From the NCBI GenBank assembly GCA_046290225.1, contig JBKAGE010000082.1, positions 32,001 to 96,000 of the forward strand: a stretch of 64,000 nucleotides of DNA, written 5' to 3'. This document shows positions 28,005-37,750 of the stretch, piece after piece. This stretch comes from Bradymonadia bacterium (GTDB lineage Bacteria > Myxococcota_A > Bradymonadia > UBA7976 > UBA1532). A model generated the notes under the pieces. That model worked only from the letters and a program-made list of their open reading frames with translations. It searched no databases and had not been told where the DNA came from. A program made the translations under genes and the position numbers. Each line of letters starts with the position of its first letter. Position 1 is the stretch's first letter.

Positions 28005-30167
28005 ATGAAACCCTCCAACCTTCGACTCTGGACCCTCTGCACAGCCCTCGCCGCCACTGGCTGTGTAGATCGCAGCGATGACGCCGCATCGGACGAGATG
28101 ACACCTATGGCCGGTGCAGGTGGCGGCGGTCCCATGGAGGGTCCCGGCGAGCGCCCTGGTGAAGGCCCGGGCGAAGGCCCTGGTGAGACGCCCATCGAAG
28201 AGCCTGCCCCCTTCTGTGGTGCCCAGGACGACACACTGCAGAGCATGGCGCTGCGCCCCGTGAGCGGCCAGGTGATCGTACGCCGCGACACGAGCAGCGG
28301 GGTGGAGCCCTGGGCTGCTGGCGTCGAGCTCGTGCTCACTCATCGGTTGACGGGCTTCACCACCCGCTTCGAGCTTGACGAAGAGGGTCGCTTCGAGGGT
28401 GAGGCGCACCCTGCTCAGTACACGGTGACGCTCGAAAACGTCGAGCGCGTCACCGGGGCTCTGCCCTCGAAACCGTTGAGCACCACCTGGACGGTGGCGG
28501 AAGACGACGCCGAGCCTTTGAGCTGGCACCTGGGCCTCGAGCCCATCGATACCTACCTGACTTTTGCCGGCGAGCCGCTGGGCCGGCAGTCTCGCTGCGG
28601 CATCGAGGTGGGTACGCTCACCTTCACGCATACACTCAAGGCACGGGCGTGGACGATCCCGGTCACGGACTTCTCTGAAGGAGAGGTACACGTGTGGCTG
28701 CCCGCCGGCGAGTACGCAGCCACGTGGAGCGGCCTGCCGAGTCGGGGGCTACCCGAAGGCACCCAGGACCTCGGCATCCACTCTCTGGGTGAGCGCCGAC
28801 CTCTGACACTCAGCCTGGGTGACACCTTCGTCAACACCACAGGTCTATTGATGCTCGACAACCAGGCGTTGCCAGAGTGGGAGATAGACAACCTCGATCT
28901 GCCCCGGGGTCATCTGGTCTTCCGCAGCCTCGACCATGACGGCTACACCCACGAAGTGCCGCTCACGAGCAGCGGCGAGGGTGACTTCTCCACCCTGCTG
29001 CTCCCAGGCCACTATGAGATCCTAGCCACCTCTTTGTTCCACCATGCGCCCTCGAGCGACGTGGTGGAGGACTACCGATACGAGACCTGGAGCCTGTGCC
29101 CCGCGGAGGGCTGTGATCTCAGCGCCGACGGATTCTTGTCCTTCGATCTGGCGAACGCCGTCCGCTTCGAGCCCGAGCCTGAGCCTGAGTGGCAATACCC
29201 CAACGCCGGCGCGTACTACCGATTCGGCGGCCAGCTCAACCTGATGGGTGACTGGCCCCCTGCAGGCATCGAGCTGCCCCCTGCTGTCGGTTACATCCGC
29301 TTCACCCATCACGACGACACGCTGCGCAGCGAAGATCGCCATCATGAGTTCCCCGTGGCCTCCAACGGCAGCTTCGGCGGCACGATGCCGGCGGGGCACT
29401 ACACCGTCGAACTGCGAGACTGCAGATACAACGATTGCACTGATGCATCCCCTCGGGGAGAGCTTGTGCTGAGCGAAGACTTCGAGTTCGGGGCCAACAC
29501 GGCACCCACCTTCGACGCCACCATCGTGGATCTCGAGATCAGCGTGACGGTGAACGGCGAGGAGATGGCCGATGACACGCTGCTCGGTGACGGTGACGCA
29601 GAACAGCGAATGGAGTCCCGCGGCCAGCTGAGCGTGGCCGGGTTCATGGTGGACTTTGGCGAAGAAGGCCCCGTCAGAGCCCGGCAGCGCGTCTTTGCGG
29701 GCACCTATGCACCCACCGTGAGCACCGTCGACACCCTCTGGAGTCGCAGCGACATCATGCAGCTGAGTCGGCAAGACGCCCTGCCCCACGCCTGGTACAC
29801 GCTGCCAGAGGTCGAGGTGGTGCACGGCGAGCCCCTGGAGATCGACCTGCAAGTGCACGAGATCACCGTGAGCGAAGCCCTCATCGACGCCGAGAGCATC
29901 TGGGGCGACCCGGATCTGGGCCAGCTGTTCGTGTTCCTCCGAGGCACCGCCGACGATCAGTATGTCTGGAGCGCGGGCCAGCTCACCGACGACGGCTTCA
30001 CCTTCAAGGCCTTCCCCGGCAGCTACTGGGTGGAGCTGGTCAACGTGGGCCCCACCAACGACCGCGGCTACCACACCCACGCCCTGCCCCGCTTCGACCA
30101 CAACTGGTGGAGCTGGAACGGCAACAGCGTCTTCCTCAACCCCATCTGCATCGGAGAGGCCCAGTGA
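28005..30167 (+). CDS. Beta-rich acidic lipoprotein of unknown function (carboxypeptidase-regulatory/TTR-like repeats), paralog 1
   Basis: Lipobox ATGC; repeated PGxYxV motifs; shares TVNGEEMADDTLL, SLCPxEGC, RQDxLP and ICxGE with the next gene. Confidence 0.8.
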   Translation: MKPSNLRLWTLCTALAATGCVDRSDDAASDEMTPMAGAGGGGPMEGPGERPGEGPGEGPGETPIEEPAPFCGAQDDTLQSMALRPVSGQVIVRRDTSSGVEPWAAGVELVLTHRLTGFTTRFELDEEGRFEGEAHPAQYTVTLENVERVTGALPSKPLSTTWTVAEDDAEPLSWHLGLEPIDTYLTFAGEPLGRQSRCGIEVGTLTFTHTLKARAWTIPVTDFSEGEVHVWLPAGEYAATWSGLPSRGLPEGTQDLGIHSLGERRPLTLSLGDTFVNTTGLLMLDNQALPEWEIDNLDLPRGHLVFRSLDHDGYTHEVPLTSSGEGDFSTLLLPGHYEILATSLFHHAPSSDVVEDYRYETWSLCPAEGCDLSADGFLSFDLANAVRFEPEPEPEWQYPNAGAYYRFGGQLNLMGDWPPAGIELPPAVGYIRFTHHDDTLRSEDRHHEFPVASNGSFGGTMPAGHYTVELRDCRYNDCTDASPRGELVLSEDFEFGANTAPTFDATIVDLEISVTVNGEEMADDTLLGDGDAEQRMESRGQLSVAGFMVDFGEEGPVRARQRVFAGTYAPTVSTVDTLWSRSDIMQLSRQDALPHAWYTLPEVEVVHGEPLEIDLQVHEITVSEALIDAESIWGDPDLGQLFVFLRGTADDQYVWSAGQLTDDGFTFKAFPGSYWVELVNVGPTNDRGYHTHALPRFDHNWWSWNGNSVFLNPICIGEAQ

Positions 30168-32380
30168 AGACCTGCACCTACGCACCGCCGAGCCCCGCCC
30201 TGCCCCTGATGCTGCTCTTCGCGCTGTCGAGTGGTGTATCGGGCTGCATCGAAGATGCACAGACCGCAGCAGATGATGAGATGTCTGCCGAGCAGCAAGC
30301 CGACGCAGGTGTGTCCGACGCCCCTGACGAGATGGGGGACGACACCCCGGACATGATGGACGACACCCCGGACGATGCCCCGGACATGATGGACGAGCCG
30401 GCGCCTCTGCCTCCGGTGGTGTGCAGTGACGAGGGCCTCAACGCCGCCTTCGTAGAGATCACCGGTGAGGTCAGGTGGGAAGCAGCAGAATACCCCCAGA
30501 GCCCCTGGCCGAGGGGGAGCCGTGTCACGCTCACCGAGGTGTTCTCCGACTGGAAGGTCGAGGTGCCCCTCGAAGCCGACGGCACCTTCGCCGCGGAGAT
30601 GTACAGCGGGCTCTACCGCGTCACCGTGGATCGCTGCACCGAAGATCTCACCTGCAGTCAGTGGTACTACCCGCTCTCTGACGGCATCTTCGTCGATGCC
30701 GAGTCTGCTGCAGCACCTGTGCGGCTGTCTGCCGACTTACAGCGTTACGAGGGCCAGGTGTCCTTCGATGGCGCCCCCCTGCGACTGGGTGAGACTTCGG
30801 GTGCGGCAAAACTCATCTTCTTCGAGCACGACACCAACCGCCCGTGGGAGGTCGACCTCGATCCCGCCGCGCAAGGTATCTTCGTCGCGTGGCTGCCCCG
30901 GGACACCACCTTCGACGTGCGATGGTCTGCGAACGTGGTCCTCAACGCCGACGCCCCGTTCTTTCTGCCCTCAGGCGACATGCGCCTCGGGGAGGCGAGC
31001 CCGGACGAAGAGGGCCCCTTGAGCTTCAGCCTCGGCCAGCAGGTGGTCCGTGTCAGCGGTGCCCTGAACCTCGATGGCGAGGATCTGCCTGATCGACGGG
31101 GTCGCTCGTCCATGCAGCCTCGGGGGCAACTGCGCCTCTCCGGCATGGACGAACAAGACAATTTCCTGAACATCGAGATCGAGCCCAGTGGCCCTGTCCG
31201 ATATGACCTGGTGCTGCCTCCAGGGCGCTACGACGTGAACTTCTACAGCTACGGCTACCTCGAAGAGTTCGTCGACCCCAGCCTCTCGGGGCACCGCGCC
31301 TTTTCGCTCTGCCCTGTAGAAGGCTGCCTGATCGAGGCCGATGGCACCCTGGACTTCGACGTGCGCAACGCGATGCCCTATGTCGCTGAACCGAGCCCGG
31401 AGCCCACGTATGCACACCACACGCTCTCGGGCACCGTGGTGCTCACCGGAGATTGGGATCCGAGCACCGGGTTGAGCCCCGGTGGGTTGCTGCTCCAAGC
31501 CAACGGCGCCCCCACAGGCCTGAGCTACGAGGACACGTACAAGACACTCCCCATCAGCCCTGATGGTCGCTTCGAGGGCAATGTCGTCGCCGGGGTGAGC
31601 TACACCGTCTACATCGTCGGGTGTGAGTCCGACTGTCAGGCAGTACAACCCCTCGGCCGCCGTCTGCTCATGGAAGACTTTGTACTTGAGGGTGACACCG
31701 ACCAGGACTTCGAGGTGGACATCGCCGAGGTCTCCATTCACCTCACGGTCAACGGTGAGGAGATGGCCGACGACACCCTCCTCCGAGACGGCTCGGTGGA
31801 GCTTGATCGCTTCTCGAGCGTCTACGAACCACGGGCAGTGATCCGACTCTCTGAGGGTGCCTTGTGGCACTACGCCTCAGGCGTCGAATTCTCCATTGGT
31901 GAGACTGGCCCCGCTCGCATACAGGTGAAGGTCTTCTCCGACGACTATCACATCGCTCTGGTGAACGCCGAGCTCGTGGGCCGCAACACCGCGTGGCAGC
32001 TGTATCGACAAGATGTATTGCCCATCGGCATACACGCTCTGGGTACACATGCGCTGACGCCCGGGGGCGCCCTCGAGTTCGATCTGCAGGTGGTGAACAT
32101 GGACCGCCCGGCAAATCTGGGGGTGGAGCTGCCCGAGCACGTCGCCAACCGCGCGCTGAACGCCATCAAATTGTCGAGTGACGAGGGGAGCCTGCTGTGG
32201 AGCCCGGTGCACCAGGCCGGCGAGGCCACCACGTTCAAGACATATGCAGGCGGATATCACGCGACGCTCTATAGTCACCACGCCGCAGACGCAGAGGGCA
32301 CCATCGGCCTCGAGGGGCTGTGGATCCCCAACAGCTTCGAGGCCAGGGTACCCTTGGGCACCATCTGCCTCGGGGAGTAA
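30164..32380 (+). CDS. Beta-rich acidic lipoprotein of unknown function, paralog 2
   Basis: GTG start overlaps the upstream TGA; lipobox VSGC; shared motifs with the previous gene. Confidence 0.8.
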   Translation: MKTCTYAPPSPALPLMLLFALSSGVSGCIEDAQTAADDEMSAEQQADAGVSDAPDEMGDDTPDMMDDTPDDAPDMMDEPAPLPPVVCSDEGLNAAFVEITGEVRWEAAEYPQSPWPRGSRVTLTEVFSDWKVEVPLEADGTFAAEMYSGLYRVTVDRCTEDLTCSQWYYPLSDGIFVDAESAAAPVRLSADLQRYEGQVSFDGAPLRLGETSGAAKLIFFEHDTNRPWEVDLDPAAQGIFVAWLPRDTTFDVRWSANVVLNADAPFFLPSGDMRLGEASPDEEGPLSFSLGQQVVRVSGALNLDGEDLPDRRGRSSMQPRGQLRLSGMDEQDNFLNIEIEPSGPVRYDLVLPPGRYDVNFYSYGYLEEFVDPSLSGHRAFSLCPVEGCLIEADGTLDFDVRNAMPYVAEPSPEPTYAHHTLSGTVVLTGDWDPSTGLSPGGLLLQANGAPTGLSYEDTYKTLPISPDGRFEGNVVAGVSYTVYIVGCESDCQAVQPLGRRLLMEDFVLEGDTDQDFEVDIAEVSIHLTVNGEEMADDTLLRDGSVELDRFSSVYEPRAVIRLSEGALWHYASGVEFSIGETGPARIQVKVFSDDYHIALVNAELVGRNTAWQLYRQDVLPIGIHALGTHALTPGGALEFDLQVVNMDRPANLGVELPEHVANRALNAIKLSSDEGSLLWSPVHQAGEATTFKTYAGGYHATLYSHHAADAEGTIGLEGLWIPNSFEARVPLGTICLGE

Positions 32381-32382
32381 TC

Positions 32383-32874
32383 TCAGCCGGCGAAGTCGGA
32401 GACGTCGAGCTCGATCTCCTTCGCCTGCGAGTGGTCGGTCTGAACGATCAGCTTTTCGCCGTCGACCTTCATCTCCAACACGTTGCCCTTCCCAGAGAAG
32501 AACATCACCTTCTTCTCGCCGTAGACCCCGCTCACCTCAGTCATCTGCCCTTGTGACATCACCCCTTCGATCTTGGGGGTGAGCACCAGGGTGACGTTGC
32601 CGTTCTTGATGCGGTGCTCTTTCTCGAGCTCGAGGGTGAAGCGACCATCGGCGCCGATGTTGAAGGCGGTGACGCTGTCGGGGATCAACCCTCCGAGGGG
32701 CAACCCGAACTGCTCCAGAGCCGCCCGAGCCTGCTGAGCCGGGCTCTTGAGCGTGCGCAGATACTCTGTCTGAGCGTTGCGTTGATCGAGGTCCTGAGTG
32801 CCGGTGTGCCCAGCAGACTCCGCGCCTGTCTGTCGCTCACCCTCGGTGCTGCTGTGTTGGATGTGCTTTGCCAT
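32383..32874 (-). CDS. DUF538-like protein
   Basis: LEQFGLPLGGLIPDSVTAFNI..DGRFTLEL...IEGVMSQGQMTEVSGV...VLEMKVDG resembles the DUF538 pattern. Confidence 0.6.
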   Translation of the reverse strand: MAKHIQHSSTEGERQTGAESAGHTGTQDLDQRNAQTEYLRTLKSPAQQARAALEQFGLPLGGLIPDSVTAFNIGADGRFTLELEKEHRIKNGNVTLVLTPKIEGVMSQGQMTEVSGVYGEKKVMFFSGKGNVLEMKVDGEKLIVQTDHSQAKEIELDVSDFAG

Positions 32875-32941
32875 ACACGCACTGTATGCGTTTGAAGCGT
32901 CTCTGCCAATCGGCGAAGTGATTCGTGTGTTGGCGACGCGC

Positions 32942-35452
32942 TCACAGCCGCACGACCAGCAGTGGCACTGAAGGTTCGAGTCGGTAGACCCCCTCATGTT
33001 TCCCCACGACCCCTTTGAGCCCCATCTTTCTCAATGTGCTCAACGCCACGTGCATGCGATTGGTCCCCGCCTCTGGGAGCATCTTCTCCCCAGGCCAGCC
33101 GGCGTCGAGGATCTCCTCTCGGGTCAGGCCGCTCGCAGCGCGACGGCGAGCTCGGGCCAGCCCCCAGAGCACCCGCGCCACCACAGGCCTGGGGCTCAAG
33201 TCCTGCCATGATCCCCCAGGGCCCTTGAGACGTACGCCCCCAGCACCCACCACCACCGCCTGCTCACGGCGCCGGACCTCTTCGAGCACACCGGACATCA
33301 CCCTGCACGCGAGGCGTACCTCGTCGGATTGAGCGCGCCAGATCTCGGCTGCCCGCAGGGCATCCTCCAAAACACCCTCGGCCTGCAGCAGGGCTTCTTC
33401 TGCCCCCTCGGCCCACGCAGACAACCCCTGAGCCAACGCTTCACCGTGGGCATAGATGCGCACCGCTTCGGCAAAGGCCGGCCCATGCACGACCGGCGGA
33501 CCCTCGACGAATGCTCTACGGCCCATGAGCACCGCAGCGGCGACCCCTGCCTCAGCACACAAGCCCTGATGCGGGCGATCTCCAGCGCGACCGAGGACCT
33601 GCACCGCCTCGGCATACCGCACGTCAGCATCGGCCCAGGCACCAGACTCGAAGGCCAGCCCCGCGAGATCGCCCAAAGTGATGCCCTCGTACCGACGGCG
33701 GCCCAGCTCGCGGTGAATCTGCAGCCCGACCTCGAGATCACAGCGGGCCCCATCGAGATCGCCCGCCGCCTGCAGCACCAGGGCTCTGTTGGTGCGCATC
33801 TCCCCTTCTGCTGCTTTGTCCCGCGCTGCCTGAACCAGAGGCAGCGCTTCGTCGAAGGCTCGGCGGGCCTCTTCGATGCGCCCGCCCTCGAACATCAGGC
33901 CCGCGAAGTGCGCCAGCACCTGGCCACGCAGCGCCCCCGTGGCGCCGTCGAGCGCCTCGCGGTATCCCGCTTCAGCCTCATCGATGCGGCCATCCATCCG
34001 GGCCACGCTCGCTCTCAGCCAGCCCCAGTGCGCCCTCGCCAGAGCCTCGGTGGTGGTGGGGATCTTCCGATCACTCTCTAAGCCTTCGAGGCGGCCCGCG
34101 AGCATGCCGATCATCTCTTCAGCGTGTTCGGTCATGCCGAGGATGATGCGTTGTCGCGTGCACAGGCACAGCAACTCGAACTGGTCGATGGCCGAGCCCA
34201 CTTCTGATTCGAGGAGCGTTGGCAGCAGCTCGAAGATCTGCTCCACCTGATCGAGAGGCCCCCGGGTGACATAGAGTCGCGCCAGGAAGCGCGCCGCTAT
34301 GAGCCGGCTCACTGGGGGCGAGGATGCATCGAGCAACACCACGACGAGGTTGGCCGACTCACCGGCGATCCGGGCCACGGCACCTGGGTGCTCGGGGCTC
34401 AGCTCGCCGAGGACCACCGCCCCATCTGCATACAGCGCTCGGTGGGCCGCTTCTGCCTGGGCGCGAGCCCCCCGCTCATCGAGCATCGACGCCGCAAAGG
34501 CGCGGATGCTGTCATAGAACGACAGTCGCTCCCCGGTAGGGGTGGACATGCTGCGGAGCAACGAGACCGACTTGAGCGCCCGGATCGCCCGAATCGTCTG
34601 CACCATCCCCATGCCCCGCGTCGCCATGAGCGCTTCCACCGCAGAGAGCGTGAAGCCCCCGTGAAACACCGCACACCACGCCATGATCTCAGCGGTGTCT
34701 TCATCAAGCAGGCGGACCGAGCCCTCGATGGCGGCCCTCAAGGTGCGATGGCGGGCTACGGCATCCCTCGGACCAGCGTCGAGCAGTTGCAGCCTCTGAT
34801 CCAGGCGGCTGAGGATCTGCCTCGGGGTGAGCACGTCGACGAGGGCTGCGGCCAGCTCGATGGCCAGCGGGATCCCGTCGAGGGCACGGACCAGGGCCTC
34901 CACATCATCGAGCTCGGCTTCGAAGTCATGGCGGTGGCGCCGGGCCCGAGCCATGAAGAGTTCCACTGCGGGCCCACCCTCCGGCACCCCGGCGCTCTCC
35001 AGAGGCTCCAGCGTGTAGACCTGCTCTGTGGCCAGGGACAGCGGGCTTCGAGAGGTCACGAGGCAGGTGAGGCTCGGCGCCGCCTTCAACCAGGGGGCCA
35101 CGGTCTCGACGCCAAAGGCCACGAGGGTGTCGAAGTTGTCGAGGACCAGCAACAGCTCGCCCCGCTCGGCGAGGGCCTCGCCGATGGCCACTCCTTGCGA
35201 GGGGACCGATACCCCCTGTGCCGTGAGCGCCACGGCAACCGCCGTGTAGATGTCGTTGAGCCCCTCGCAGGTGTCGAGGTGCACGACCAGAGCGGCGCCG
35301 GGCCACGTGTCTTCGGCGAAGGCACGGGTCAGTCGGGTCTTCCCCATGCCCCCAGGGCCCACCACCGTCACCAGCCTGCCCGCCGACACGAGCGACGTCA
35401 GGGCCGCCAGATCAGCAGATCGGCCGAAGAGCGGACCCGGTGTCGATGCCAT
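32942..35452 (-). CDS. STAND-class ATPase with TPR repeats and C-terminal winged-helix domain (putative regulator)
   Basis: FGRxxDL, GPGGMGKT, LLVLDNFD, VTSR, LDGIPLAIELAA, RHRTLRAAI; TPR helices; WPGEK...NRMHVALSTLRK..GVYRL. Confidence 0.9.
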   Translation of the reverse strand: MASTPGPLFGRSADLAALTSLVSAGRLVTVVGPGGMGKTRLTRAFAEDTWPGAALVVHLDTCEGLNDIYTAVAVALTAQGVSVPSQGVAIGEALAERGELLLVLDNFDTLVAFGVETVAPWLKAAPSLTCLVTSRSPLSLATEQVYTLEPLESAGVPEGGPAVELFMARARRHRHDFEAELDDVEALVRALDGIPLAIELAAALVDVLTPRQILSRLDQRLQLLDAGPRDAVARHRTLRAAIEGSVRLLDEDTAEIMAWCAVFHGGFTLSAVEALMATRGMGMVQTIRAIRALKSVSLLRSMSTPTGERLSFYDSIRAFAASMLDERGARAQAEAAHRALYADGAVVLGELSPEHPGAVARIAGESANLVVVLLDASSPPVSRLIAARFLARLYVTRGPLDQVEQIFELLPTLLESEVGSAIDQFELLCLCTRQRIILGMTEHAEEMIGMLAGRLEGLESDRKIPTTTEALARAHWGWLRASVARMDGRIDEAEAGYREALDGATGALRGQVLAHFAGLMFEGGRIEEARRAFDEALPLVQAARDKAAEGEMRTNRALVLQAAGDLDGARCDLEVGLQIHRELGRRRYEGITLGDLAGLAFESGAWADADVRYAEAVQVLGRAGDRPHQGLCAEAGVAAAVLMGRRAFVEGPPVVHGPAFAEAVRIYAHGEALAQGLSAWAEGAEEALLQAEGVLEDALRAAEIWRAQSDEVRLACRVMSGVLEEVRRREQAVVVGAGGVRLKGPGGSWQDLSPRPVVARVLWGLARARRRAASGLTREEILDAGWPGEKMLPEAGTNRMHVALSTLRKMGLKGVVGKHEGVYRLEPSVPLLVVRL

Positions 35453-35601
35453 GGCAGACTCCAGCGCAGTGGCGGCCCACTCTTACCAGAAGGGGGGCAA
35501 CTTCGTCCTGCATCTCGACATCAGATGAGAGCCATTCTTCCCCTCGGTGTCCGGTGAGACTGAATGGATCCCTCTGCCCGAGGCGTGATACCCCCGGAGG
35601 C

Positions 35602-36117
35602 ATGACTTCGCACGATCTCAGAGCAGCAGCCCGGGCCTTCGCCATCGAGGCCCACGGCGATCAACGCTACGGTGACGACCCATATGCGACCCATCTCGAT
35701 GCCGTGGTGAGTATTCTCGACACACATGGCTTCGAACACATGGCCATCGCGGGTTATCTACACGACACCCTGGAAGACACCGACGTCACCTTCGATGACA
35801 TCTGCACCCGCTTTGGTGAGCAGGTGGCGCGTGCAGTGGCCTTCTGCAGTGATGCGCCAGGACCAAACCGCAAATTACGCAAGGCGGCCACCTATGCCCG
35901 AATGAGGCGCGACATCGAAATCGGCGGCGACTACATCGAGATGGCGGTGGTGACAAAAGTCGCCGATCGACTGGCCAATGTCACAGCCAGCTCGATCAAG
36001 GGAGACAGGCGATTGGAGATGTATCGTGAGGAGCAGCAAATGTTTCGTGCGTCACTGTTCATCCCAGAACAGTGTGACCCACTATGGTTCAGCATCGAAG
36101 ATCACCTCACCAGATGA
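35602..36117 (+). CDS. Stand-alone HD-domain (p)ppGpp hydrolase-like protein (Mesh1/SAH family)
   Basis: AHGDQRYGDDPYATHL, YLHDTLEDT, KVADRLAN. Confidence 0.85.
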   Translation: MTSHDLRAAARAFAIEAHGDQRYGDDPYATHLDAVVSILDTHGFEHMAIAGYLHDTLEDTDVTFDDICTRFGEQVARAVAFCSDAPGPNRKLRKAATYARMRRDIEIGGDYIEMAVVTKVADRLANVTASSIKGDRRLEMYREEQQMFRASLFIPEQCDPLWFSIEDHLTR

Positions 36118-36739
36118 GGGAGCCCTCGGTCTCGTCGAATTCACCATCCAGCGTGGTGGCCAGAGGCCGAATCGAGCGCTCGACACAGTGCAGTCGGGGA
36201 CCCCACCAGGCCGGCCGGTGCCATTGATAAACGGCAACGCTCATGCCTCCAGTGAAGCGGTAGCTGCCGCCATGCTCTCGCTGCCAGGCCTCAAACATGA
36301 AGTAGGCGATCTGAAGGGCCTCCCACATGCTCTCCGACTCGACCCCGAGGGAGATTACCTGACTGGCCGGCACAGAAAAAGTGTTCAATCCCCAGTCGTT
36401 ACGACCGAGCGGCAAGGGCGAATCCTGAATATCGTGCAACGCCAGACTGGCCTGAGCACCCGGCTGTGGCATGGCCCCATGAAACCGCACGATCAAGGGT
36501 GAATCCGGGCGTCGTCCATACTCGGCGAAGGCGTCGAGCAACCCTCCCCAGTCTTCCTCACCCAAGGCACCGTACACAGACTGCTGATCGGTACACATGA
36601 CCCGACCTGCCGGACGCCAGCGGGTTTTGAGCGCGCCTGGGGTCGTGGCCGACCACGTCGCCTCGGACCAGCTGCGATCGTCGCTGGGCCCCGAGCATAA
36701 TGTGTGGGTGGAAATATTTACCCCAGTCAAAGTTTTCAT
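36107..36739 (-). CDS. Hypothetical protein
   Basis: Plausible ORF filling the gap, AGGGGGG before the ATG; no recognised motif. Confidence 0.55.
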   Translation of the reverse strand: MKTLTGVNISTHTLCSGPSDDRSWSEATWSATTPGALKTRWRPAGRVMCTDQQSVYGALGEEDWGGLLDAFAEYGRRPDSPLIVRFHGAMPQPGAQASLALHDIQDSPLPLGRNDWGLNTFSVPASQVISLGVESESMWEALQIAYFMFEAWQREHGGSYRFTGGMSVAVYQWHRPAWWGPRLHCVERSIRPLATTLDGEFDETEGSLIW

Positions 36740-36940
36740 ACCCCCCCTGATGGAGCGTGTCGAAATATTACGCTCCAGTGGCGATGCATACGTCGTGCCA
36801 CACGTAATACATGCACATCATCGCATGCACATCGCTCACCCGAGCGATTTCGACTCCAAACCATTTTGATACAGATCGGGCATCATCGAGCAGACAGCGC
36901 GCGAGGTGGGTTCATCGTGCGGGTCACACGACTGGAGGGG

Positions 36941-37672
36941 TCACTGCTTCCGGAATTCCACTCGACGATTCCGGGCATGGGCCGACTCAGTCTCTCCATA
37001 ATCGATGAGGCTCTCCTCACCATAGCTGAGCATGATCATGCGCTCATTGGGCACACCCAGTGATCTCAGGTACTTCATCACCACCTTCGACCGCCGCTCG
37101 CCGAGGGCGAGGTTGTACTCCGAGCTGCCTCGCTTGTCGCAGTGGCCTTCCACCACCACCCTCGACTCTGCCTGCTTGTTCATCCAGGCGGCGTTTTCTG
37201 CCAGAGTGCGCCGCGCCTCCGGGGTCAGATCGAAGGCGTTGTAGTCGAAGAAGATGGTCTGCAGCTCACCTGCGTTGTCGGAGATCTCCACCGTGTTGGT
37301 GCCGGCGTTGGGATCGATGACCTCGTCCACACTGGCCGTGGGCTGGTTGGCCTCGTTGAGCTCGCGCTCACACTCTTCTTTGCGCGCGAGGGCTTTTTGC
37401 TGGGCCTTCTCGGCGAGCTTGCGCGCGGCGCGGGCGCTCTGCTCTGCCTTGTCGTAATCCTCCTCGGCGAGCTGCTCGTTGGCCTTGTCCATCATGCGCT
37501 GGGCCGCGGCATATTCTTCGGGGGCGCACTTCTCTGCAAGCCGGGCATCGGCGAGGGCGCCTTCTGCTTCGGCGAGGGTCTTGGTCGGTGGACCCCCACA
37601 GCCGGCGCCGACGAAGAGCAGGGTGGCGAGGGACAACGTGGTGAAGGGCAGGGCACGGTGGGAGCGGATCAT
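36941..37672 (-). CDS. pal: Peptidoglycan-associated lipoprotein with N-terminal DUF4398-like helical domain
   Basis: Lipobox GAGC; IFFDYN, VEGHCDKRGSSEYNLALGERR, SYGEE, NRRVEF; follows tolB. Confidence 0.9.
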   Translation of the reverse strand: MIRSHRALPFTTLSLATLLFVGAGCGGPPTKTLAEAEGALADARLAEKCAPEEYAAAQRMMDKANEQLAEEDYDKAEQSARAARKLAEKAQQKALARKEECERELNEANQPTASVDEVIDPNAGTNTVEISDNAGELQTIFFDYNAFDLTPEARRTLAENAAWMNKQAESRVVVEGHCDKRGSSEYNLALGERRSKVVMKYLRSLGVPNERMIMLSYGEESLIDYGETESAHARNRRVEFRKQ

Positions 37673-37750
37673 GATGCCTCCAGAGTCCGAATCAGAACTG
37701 TCGAAGGAAACCCCCTGACAGGGCAACCTTCTGAAGAGAGTCTGTGAAGC

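Noticed and set aside
35602..36739. toxSAS/SAH toxin-antitoxin pair
   Set aside because: The neighbouring ORF is convergent and shows no alarmone synthetase motifs.
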